Assembly: GCA_039208735.1 (NCBI GenBank)
Contig: JBCCQY010000037.1
Span: forward strand, 1 to 64,000
DNA from: Myxococcota bacterium
GTDB taxonomy: Bacteria; Myxococcota_A; UBA796; GCA-2862545
Length of the DNA stretch: 64,000 nucleotides
Direction of reading: 5' to 3'
In this document: positions 1-6,963 of the stretch, in pieces
How positions within the stretch are numbered: position 1 is the first letter of the stretch
How the letters are laid out: the number at the start of each line of letters is the position of its first letter
Notes under the pieces: model-generated
The model's database searches: none
Told to the model about the DNA's origin: nothing
What the model saw: the letters and a program-made list of their open reading frames with translations, nothing else
Position numbers and translations under genes: made by a program

Positions 1-89
1 CTGTACCGCCATCCTGTGAATCCCAAAACCCTGCGCGCTGTGAATATCTCAATTCAATACTTGAAAATTATGAATTTACCGATCCAGGT

Positions 90-106
90 TGTCGGAACTT
101 CCGACG
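90..106. promoter_or_regulatory. Palindrome TGTCGGAA-C-TTCCGACG (candidate protein-binding site), copy 1
   Basis: GTCGGAA/TTCCGAC perfect 7-bp arms at 91-105; related copies at 364-378, 436-445 (half site) and 5150-5164. Confidence 0.6.
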
Positions 107-363
107 TATTGAAGTTGAGTGCAGCTGGGCGCGACGTGAAGCAAGGCAAGTGGAGTTTAGATCCGGAACTCCAGCGCTCGAGCTAAAACCGACCTTGCAT
201 CAACATTCTTTGGCTCACGAATGCGACCCCTTGAGGGAAGGTCCCCCGCGTTCTCTCAGGACAACTGTTGCAAGTCGACTTCGATTATGGGGCGCTGTGA
301 ATTTCGTCAACGAACTGTAGCGGTTTAGGGCTCTGACATGGGCCGACCGCTGGCGGCAACCAG

Positions 364-382
364 GTGGGAACTTCCGACAACC
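364..382. promoter_or_regulatory. Palindrome copy 2 (GTGGGAACTTCCGACAACC)
   Basis: One mismatch to copy 1 core; its reverse complement GGTTGTCGGAAGTTCCCAC matches 87-105 at 17/19 positions. Confidence 0.55.
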
Positions 383-555
383 CAGTCCTAGACGGATTTC
401 TCGAATGCCGGCCCTCTCCCCCCTGGACCCACAAAAACTTCCGACCAGCATCCGACAGCCGAATTGTCATGGTTTTGGAGCAGTGATTTGAGGATGGTGC
501 AAGGTCGAGGCTTCTGGGGCTCTCTCCGGCGGTCCGGACCTCGAGTGGAGTTCCC

Positions 556-1566
556 TTGAAGCCCATTCCCCATTCGGAGACCTCGTGCGCGGGACCGGTC
601 GGCGACTCAGCCTTAAGCCTCGCCGACCGTGAGCGGTTCGCCCAGCAAGGCCTCGTCGGACGAAGTGCCGCCCTCAACGTCGTGTTGGAACGCGCACTCG
701 ACATCGCCCGCTATCCCACGCCGGTACTCATCACCGGCCCGACAGGATCGGGAAAAACCGCGCTTGCCCGTGCAATCCATGCCGAAAGCGATGTTCGCGG
801 CGACTTCGTGCCTGTCAATGCAGCGAGCCTGCAGCCGAGCATTGGCCGGTCCGAACTCTTCGGCATTGAAGGCGAGCGTGCCACAGGGGTCGCCCGGCAC
901 GCCGGATTGCTCGCAACGGCCCATCACGGAACCCTGTTTCTCGACGAGGTCGGCACGCTCGGGCTTGATCTCCAGGCCACGCTTCTGAAGGCCGTGGACG
1001 AAGGCTCCTTCACGATGGTCGGAAGCACCAAACTCCGAACGGTCGAAGTTCGCTGGATCTTCGCCACGAACGTGGACCTCAACGCAGCGTCCGACAACGG
1101 CACGTTTCGCGGCGACCTCCTCTCACGGATCGAAGGATGGACCATCGAACTGCCCTCCCTCAACGAACGCCTCGAAGACATCCCGGACCTCGTGGACGCA
1201 CTCGTCCCACGGATGGCTCGCACCCTCAAGTGCCCAGCTCTTCGCCTTACGCCGGCCGCACTGGACTACCTTCATCACGTCGACTGGAGCCGAGGGAACA
1301 TTCGCCAGCTCGAAAATGTCCTTCGTCAAGGTCTGATTCGCGCCAACAACCGAAATCGCATTCGCATCGATGTCGCAGAACTGACGACCGATCGCGGTTT
1401 CCAGGTGTTCCGAAACTTCAACCTCGCAAAAGCGCAGTGGAAACGGCATTGGTTGACCCATCAGCTCCGCCGTGTGGGTGGCGACGTCAAGCGGCTCGCC
1501 AAGGACATTGGGATTTCGATTTCCCATGCCTACAAGCTGATTCAGGATCTCGACATCTCGAAATAG
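556..1566 (+). CDS. Sigma-54 activator-like AAA+ ATPase with C-terminal Fis-type HTH, no N-terminal sensor domain
   Basis: Walker A GPTGSGKT, SELFG, Walker B LFLDEV, ATNVDL, FRGDLLSRI, GNIRQLENV, HTH LAKDIGISISHAYKLI; GAFTGA replaced by ERATGV; TTG start uncertain. Confidence 0.9.
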   Translation: MKPIPHSETSCAGPVGDSALSLADRERFAQQGLVGRSAALNVVLERALDIARYPTPVLITGPTGSGKTALARAIHAESDVRGDFVPVNAASLQPSIGRSELFGIEGERATGVARHAGLLATAHHGTLFLDEVGTLGLDLQATLLKAVDEGSFTMVGSTKLRTVEVRWIFATNVDLNAASDNGTFRGDLLSRIEGWTIELPSLNERLEDIPDLVDALVPRMARTLKCPALRLTPAALDYLHHVDWSRGNIRQLENVLRQGLIRANNRNRIRIDVAELTTDRGFQVFRNFNLAKAQWKRHWLTHQLRRVGGDVKRLAKDIGISISHAYKLIQDLDISK

Positions 1567-1604
1567 TGCGCACCAGGATCGCGCAGAGAGACCCATTTTT
1601 CACG

Positions 1605-1627
1605 CGCGTTTACTTGTTGTAAACGCG
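1605..1627. promoter_or_regulatory. Inverted repeat CGCGTTTAC-N5-GTAAACGCG (operator or hairpin)
   Basis: Perfect 9-bp arms in the gap just upstream of the first TIGR02147 gene. Confidence 0.5.
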
Positions 1628-1668
1628 AATTTGACTCCACGATAGACGCCGCCTGGGGGGTCGGTACG

Positions 1669-2571
1669 ATGGCTCAACGCGACGTGAGCGTCGCAGGAGC
1701 CCCCATGCAAGACCCCTCTCCCCTCGAGTTTCTCGACTACCGAAGGTTCCTAAACGCCTGGTTCGATCATCGACGTCTTCGGCCGAGCAAGAGTAAGTTC
1801 GCCAAGGAAGTCGGATGTTCCCGCCAACTCGTGTCGCTGATTTGCCAAGGCCAACGAAATCTCGGCGAAGAACGGGCCCTGCTTTGGGCCAAGCGCATGG
1901 ATCTCGAGGAGATGGACCTAACCTACTTCCTCGCCCTGGTCCGATCGGTCGAGGGAGCCACCAAGGAAACGCGGCATGCCGCTCTCGGCTCCATCGAAGC
2001 CATGCGAACCTTCAAAAAAGGAAACTCGAAACTTTCATTTCTCGTAGGTCTGTTCTCGCATTGGCTGCGACCCGTCATCTATGAGATGAGGTCTTGTGTA
2101 GGGTTTGAACCCTCCGTCTCCTGGATCGAATCCCACCTTGGTCCGAAAGCAGCGCGTGACGATATTGCGGACGCGTTGGGATGGCTTTCCAACGAGGGAC
2201 TTCTAAGCTCAGAAGGCGAAAAGGTCATCCACGCGGCCTTGGCAACGGCTCACAATGAAGCACCCGGTGTGTTGACCAACGCCCTTGCCCATCACCACTT
2301 CGAGTTGCTCGAGATTGCCTACCAACAGCTGCCGAACGTTCCACCGAAGCAACGCAACTACGTCAACATCACCGCCGCCGTCACCCGAGAACAGCAACGA
2401 CGGATAGATGAAGAACTTAAAGAGTTTCAACGTCGAATCTACTCGATTGCCGCAGAGCCCGAGGGCGAGGACCAGCGGGTCTTCGTGTACGGACTATCCA
2501 TGCAACTGTTCCCTCTGACGACCGTTCCCGATCTTGCGGTTGACGACGAAGACGACGCTGAAGAAGAGTAA
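1669..2571 (+). CDS. TIGR02147/DUF4423 family protein with N-terminal HTH
   Basis: LDYRRFL, FAKEVGCSRQLVSLICQGQRNL HTH, YFLALV, HWLRPVIYEM, C-terminal VYGLSMQLFPL; alternative ATG at 1705. Confidence 0.8.
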   Translation: MAQRDVSVAGAPMQDPSPLEFLDYRRFLNAWFDHRRLRPSKSKFAKEVGCSRQLVSLICQGQRNLGEERALLWAKRMDLEEMDLTYFLALVRSVEGATKETRHAALGSIEAMRTFKKGNSKLSFLVGLFSHWLRPVIYEMRSCVGFEPSVSWIESHLGPKAARDDIADALGWLSNEGLLSSEGEKVIHAALATAHNEAPGVLTNALAHHHFELLEIAYQQLPNVPPKQRNYVNITAAVTREQQRRIDEELKEFQRRIYSIAAEPEGEDQRVFVYGLSMQLFPLTTVPDLAVDDEDDAEEE

Positions 2572-2618
2572 GGTCGAGGGAGCCCATGAGCCGAACCGGC
2601 CACGGGCCCCCCTGTGTT

Positions 2619-3032
2619 TTAGTTTGCCACGAATTCGAGCGACGACGTCACTTCGGGTCCGTTCGTCAACGGGGCGGAAATGGTCGAGCCCGAGAGGTCC
2701 ACCGTCATGTCACCGTCGGTGAAGCTTTCCGTGCGCACCGTACCTCCCACCGAGGCCGAGACGTAGCCGGTTCCATCCCATTGAATGACGAGTGAACAGA
2801 AGTCCCCCGCCACGGTCGGCACATCGACCGTGGTGGACGCGTCCAGGTCGACGGGCCAGCTAACATCTTCGTCCGGAAGGCTGGTATCGCAGGGCTTATA
2901 CGTCAGGGACGCCACCAGCAGCGACGTCTCCACGACGGGCCCCTCGGTCGCCACCACATCGAGTTCAAACTCACCAGGGTTCCCGGCGAAAATCACAGCT
3001 TCCGCCGAGGCAAACGCAAACAAGTACAACAT
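2619..3032 (-). CDS. Small acidic beta-rich exported protein, hypothetical
   Basis: AAGGAGG RBS before ATG 3032; short hydrophobic N-terminus MLYLFAFASA; two Cys. Confidence 0.65.
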   Translation of the reverse strand: MLYLFAFASAEAVIFAGNPGEFELDVVATEGPVVETSLLVASLTYKPCDTSLPDEDVSWPVDLDASTTVDVPTVAGDFCSLVIQWDGTGYVSASVGGTVRTESFTDGDMTVDLSGSTISAPLTNGPEVTSSLEFVAN

Positions 3033-3075
3033 CAAGACCTCCTTCCTCGCTCGGTGCGAGGCGGGTCCTGGGATT

Positions 3076-3090
3076 GCGAAGCCGAGGCCA
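3076..3090 (-). promoter_or_regulatory. Candidate sigma-54 -24/-12 promoter for 2619-3032
   Basis: Minus strand TGGCCTCGGCTTCGC(A): GG-N10-GC spacing, imperfect match to TGGCAC-N5-TTGC. Confidence 0.4.
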
Positions 3091-3230
3091 ATCGGGCCAA
3101 ACTGCCCAACCGAGTTTCAATCTCAGTAATTTCGAAAACTCAGCGGTCGGGACTCTCAAAAGTAAGAACACGGTTCCAAATTCGATCCGCTTTCTCGGAA
3201 TGCGCTGCCCGAGCGTGCTATCTCGAGGTT

Positions 3231-3262
3231 TTCTCGTATCGAGAAGGCTTCTCCGCAGAGAA
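3231..3262. promoter_or_regulatory. Tandem palindromes TTCTCG-TAT-CGAGAA and TTCTC-CGCA-GAGAA (candidate enhancer/UAS)
   Basis: Two adjacent TTCTC...GAGAA dyads at 3231-3245 and 3249-3262 in a divergent intergenic region. Confidence 0.45.
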
Positions 3263-3308
3263 TGCGGCCTTTCGCCGAGCATCGGATAGTGGGCTGCAGG
3301 AGGTCACC

Positions 3309-3374
3309 ATGCGAACCACCCCGCTTTGCCCCCCAAAGCGCGCGCTACAGCGGATCATCATGACGCGCTTCTGA
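3309..3374 (+). CDS. Possible 21-aa small ORF MRTTPLCPPKRALQRIIMTRF
   Basis: AGGAGG at 3298-3303, 5 nt before ATG; no recognisable homology. Confidence 0.3.
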   Translation: MRTTPLCPPKRALQRIIMTRF

Positions 3375-3770
3375 GATCGGTACACCGCGTTCCCAGGGCG
3401 CACTCAGGGCCCTGATCAGCTTGCAGGAGCGAAGCGACGAAAGCTGACCGCGTGAGCCTGCAGGCGCGTAGCGCCGAAGGCCAGCGGTGATCGGCTCACT
3501 GAAAGCCAATCACAAACACCTCTTCTGCGCGTTTGTCTACAGGCTGTAGCGCCTGTTTGCAAGCGAGTGGTGGCAATGGTTTTTGCCATGCGCCATGTTT
3601 TGGAACGTTCCGGCCAGATGGCCGGCAAATGAGGTGTTGAATGACGAAGCCAGGCCGTGGTCTGAGCATCGCCCGTGGTGGCGTGCACCCGAAGTTCGGT
3701 CCTCTGTGCAACCATTCCGTCGATTGCCGCCTTGTCGTTTGGTGGAACCCTGGCCAGCGCAAGGACGGAC

Positions 3771-4586
3771 ATGCTTGATCTCGAGGCGGACTATCGCTCT
3801 CTGATTCGAAGTCGCCTGAAGTACGGAGACGCGCGCCGGCTTGCGGCGCACCTCAACCGTGCAGAGAGTTGGGTGAGCATGATGCTCCGAGGGGGAAAGC
3901 GGAGCCTTCCCCCGGATCTTGCTGGGGATGTCGCGGACTTTTTTCAGCTTGAGGGCCAGGAGCGTGAGCATTTCATCGCGCTCGTCGAACTGGAGGAAGG
4001 GAATACGGAAAGCGCCCGAAGAAAAGCAAGGTCGATCCTCCGGTCCCACGGCATCATGGGTACGCCGCAACAACGCGTCAATGAGGCCATCAAGCTCTTT
4101 GCCGAGGGATGGTACATCGGCGCCGTACTCGAGTTGGCCCGATGCGACAAATTTGAGCCTTCCCCCCAGTGGATCGCCCCAGCCCTCAATCCATCGATTA
4201 CCACTACCCAAGCCTCTCGGGCCTTGGTTCTCCTGATTCGCAATGGACTGCTTCAAGAGGACGGTCGAATCAGCGAGCGAGAGCGCATGGACATCTCCAC
4301 ACCGTTGGACATGCCTGCCACCTTGTCGGAAGCTGGACACACCCTTCATCGGGAGTCCATGATGCTCGCGGCCGATGCCGCTGGCCGCTTCTACCCCAAT
4401 GAACGACACTTGGGAGCCGGGTTCGTCGCCCTGTCCGAAAAGCGCTTCGACGAAATCCGCAACGCCTTCCGCGAGACGTTCTTGCACGCCATTGCCGAGA
4501 CCACCGTGGACGAAGCCCCACCTAATCGGGTCTATCAATTCGTCGTGGCTCTGCATCCCGTCAGTAACTACTCCGATAGCCAATAA
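3771..4586 (+). CDS. TIGR02147/DUF4423 family protein, second paralogue
   Basis: DYRSLI, LAAHLNRAESWVSMMLRGGKRSL HTH, HFIALV, WYIGAVLELA, WIAPALNPSI, VYQFVVALHP; ATG 3771 preferred over track start 3675. Confidence 0.8.
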   Translation: MLDLEADYRSLIRSRLKYGDARRLAAHLNRAESWVSMMLRGGKRSLPPDLAGDVADFFQLEGQEREHFIALVELEEGNTESARRKARSILRSHGIMGTPQQRVNEAIKLFAEGWYIGAVLELARCDKFEPSPQWIAPALNPSITTTQASRALVLLIRNGLLQEDGRISERERMDISTPLDMPATLSEAGHTLHRESMMLAADAAGRFYPNERHLGAGFVALSEKRFDEIRNAFRETFLHAIAETTVDEAPPNRVYQFVVALHPVSNYSDSQ

Positions 4587-4650
4587 TCGACGAGTTCGAG
4601 ACGCCCCATTAACGCGATGAGCCACGAACGCGACGGGGCGAGGGGACGAC

Positions 4651-5091
4651 ATGATTCGGACCAGCCGCTGTCAATCGTGCGGCGACGCCATCCAGGCCAA
4701 GTCGCGTGGTCCGCTTCCTTTGCGGTGTGTACCGTGCCAGCAAGCGTGGCGAAAAGCGCGCGATCGCGAGCGCCGGGGCAACGCTAACCAAAGCACAGAA
4801 GCGCGACGAAACGCCAGCAAACGAGCCTATGACCAGCGAACGAAACCACTTACGCTCTGTTTGCGATGGGGGTTCGACCATGGCCACCTTGAGACGAAAT
4901 TGTCGATCGGTGACCTGCGAACGCTCTTCCCCAACGGTTTCTCTCGAGATGTGGAGCGGCCAGTGCGGGATGCCTATCGCACGGCCCCTCGCGGGAAGAA
5001 ACAGGCGGCCGGTTGGGCGATTCTCGCGCCGCTCCTCGCCGCCGCACAGAAAAGAGCCAATGAGGAGAATGCGCAACTCAAAGAAAACTGA
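4651..5091 (+). CDS. Basic hypothetical protein with N-terminal CxxC...CxxC zinc finger
   Basis: CQSC-x15-CVPC followed by Arg/Lys-rich helix; GAGGGG RBS. Confidence 0.55.
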   Translation: MIRTSRCQSCGDAIQAKSRGPLPLRCVPCQQAWRKARDRERRGNANQSTEARRNASKRAYDQRTKPLTLCLRWGFDHGHLETKLSIGDLRTLFPNGFSRDVERPVRDAYRTAPRGKKQAAGWAILAPLLAAAQKRANEENAQLKEN

Positions 5092-5138
5092 TCTCTGCCA
5101 TATTTGACCTATTTTTCCGCACTAAAGCCTATTTTGCA

Positions 5139-5172
5139 GCACAAGAAGTGTCGGAAGTTCCGACGCACAAGA
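5139..5172. repeat. Palindrome GTCGGAA-G-TTCCGAC flanked by 8-bp direct repeats GCACAAGA
   Basis: Palindrome 5150-5164; GCACAAGA at 5139-5146 and 5165-5172; AT-rich gap between convergent genes. Confidence 0.65.
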
Positions 5173-5192
5173 GTTTCGATTGGAAGCCTCCC

Positions 5193-6836
5193 TTAGATCC
5201 AAGGCCAGCCCATTCGAACCTGCCGTCGTACCGGGCTGGGGCTCCAAGGTCTGATGGTCTCGCTATTCCAAAGGCTAGACCCCGAATTCGTGCTGTATCT
5301 GGTGCGTCCGTAGCGGTAGATCGGGCCCGGTAGCTTCCGCAACAGCGCTGAGGGAGAGGTACCCACCGACAAAAGGGCTGGATCCGCAGTGACCTCGCCT
5401 GGCCTCAGCCGTGGAGACCGCAGGGGAGGCAAACGGCGGACCAATGCTGCCTTATCGGCGGAATCGGCGACGTCGAGGTCACCCGCCACCCAGACGACGG
5501 GTTGACCAGGCTGCTTCACGCCCATTCGGCCCCCTACGAATAGCCCACGCAACAGCGCGTACGGGGAGTCGGCAACGACACGGGTTTCTGAGCGATCCGT
5601 GGAGTAGGCTCGGACATAGCAACTTGCATCCACCACTCGGTGGGTCGCGTTGATCCAGTTCGGGGCAAACGTCAGAAGTTCGACCTGCAGGTTCATGAGT
5701 TCTTCCGAAATCTGGGGTTCGCCGTCCACGTACGAATCATCTGCCGAGACCCAATCGACGTGCGCAAACCCTTCGGCTAGTGCACACAGCACGAGAGCCT
5801 GGTCCTCGGGGGCTGAGCCAGTGACGGTAACCGACCGCAGCCTCGGCCAGCCCGATGAATGCGCCAACCCACGGGCCTCTTCGACCGAAAGCTGGGCTCC
5901 GTTGAGATGGAGGCATTCAAGATGGGGCCACCTTCGCTCCCCGAGTGCCCGAACTCCGGATTCCCTCAGTCCAGCAATGTCCAGCTCTCGAAGGTCGCCA
6001 AGATGGGGCGCCGTCACGACGGCACGAGCCTCCGTCGGCGAATGGGTAAACGCCCATACGCTCGAGGGGCGAAAGTGGTCGGGAGGGCTCTGCCAAAACG
6101 CATTCCAGGCCGCTTCAGTGCCAAACTGACGAATGGCGAGCCTCTCGCATCGCGAGAGCACCGCCCCCCTCAGTGCGGACAAGGTGGCGTCGCCAGCTCG
6201 GACTTGGAGCTGCCGAGGCCGAATGTCGGTACGCTCGAGCACCGACAACAGCAAGGGGTCGTCGACATCGCTCGAAAGGTCGAGTCGTTCGAGCCCACTC
6301 CAAAACGTCGCCCCCGCCACCTCCAGCATCGCCTTGCGAACCGCCTCGGGCATCGACAAGTGCAACGTCGAGGGACGCACCCGGTCGAAGAAACGCGCGA
6401 GCTTCATCGGGTTGACGCCTTCGGTCAGCGTCACGTCGAACGAGTCGAGCGCCTCGATGCCGGGCACCCGCTCCAGCGCATCGAACGCAGCATCATCAAA
6501 TTCGTACGCCCTTAGCTCACGGAGCAATGGATGCCGGGTGAGCCTGTCCGCGACCACCTCTGCATGCAGGCCATCGCGGAAGGTCAAGCCCACCAAGAAC
6601 CCCCGACGAATCGTGCCATCAAAGCGTCCGAGGGAGTCTAGAACCTCGGTCATCGCACGTTGATGCGTAGTCAAGGCATCGTCGTGGAACTCGCTTCGAA
6701 AGCTCGGCCAGTCCTGTTCGAGCTGCACGAGCCGTCCACGCGAATCGTTGTTTTGAAGGAGCTGGTCGGCCAACACCGTCCAAGCCGGCTCATCGTCGGG
6801 GTTGCACCGAAGGTGCTGCAAAAGAGGATTAAACAA
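5193..6836 (-). CDS. TIGR02996-like N-terminal domain + LRR-like protein
   Basis: NPDDEPAWTVLADQLLQNNDSRGRLVQL, RRGFL, LRR-like LERLDLS/LRELDI/LECLHL. Confidence 0.75.
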   Translation of the reverse strand: MFNPLLQHLRCNPDDEPAWTVLADQLLQNNDSRGRLVQLEQDWPSFRSEFHDDALTTHQRAMTEVLDSLGRFDGTIRRGFLVGLTFRDGLHAEVVADRLTRHPLLRELRAYEFDDAAFDALERVPGIEALDSFDVTLTEGVNPMKLARFFDRVRPSTLHLSMPEAVRKAMLEVAGATFWSGLERLDLSSDVDDPLLLSVLERTDIRPRQLQVRAGDATLSALRGAVLSRCERLAIRQFGTEAAWNAFWQSPPDHFRPSSVWAFTHSPTEARAVVTAPHLGDLRELDIAGLRESGVRALGERRWPHLECLHLNGAQLSVEEARGLAHSSGWPRLRSVTVTGSAPEDQALVLCALAEGFAHVDWVSADDSYVDGEPQISEELMNLQVELLTFAPNWINATHRVVDASCYVRAYSTDRSETRVVADSPYALLRGLFVGGRMGVKQPGQPVVWVAGDLDVADSADKAALVRRLPPLRSPRLRPGEVTADPALLSVGTSPSALLRKLPGPIYRYGRTRYSTNSGSSLWNSETIRPWSPSPVRRQVRMGWPWI

Positions 6837-6963
6837 GTTGGCTGCGTACCCTCGAGTTCCGGCGGATGGTCCTAAGGATTGTAGCGCATGTCACACTGTT
6901 GAAAGCTCCTGGGTTTTTTCGAGTGAGCGAACAGTTAGAAAACCCTCGCACATAGGGGAGCCG

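Noticed and set aside
1947..2584. 13-bp repeat GGTCGAGGGAGCC at 1947 and 2572
   Set aside because: One copy is inside a CDS, GC-rich, no associated structure; likely chance
3571..3588. TGGCAATGGTTTTTGC as a sigma-54 promoter
   Set aside because: GG to GC spacing is 11 nt on both strands, not 10; kept only as a dyad
5102..5129. ATTTGACCTAT as XerD arm of a dif site
   Set aside because: No XerC-like arm at the 6-bp spacing
1..5190. Calling the block a mobile element
   Set aside because: No integrase or transposase in view and the left boundary is outside the window
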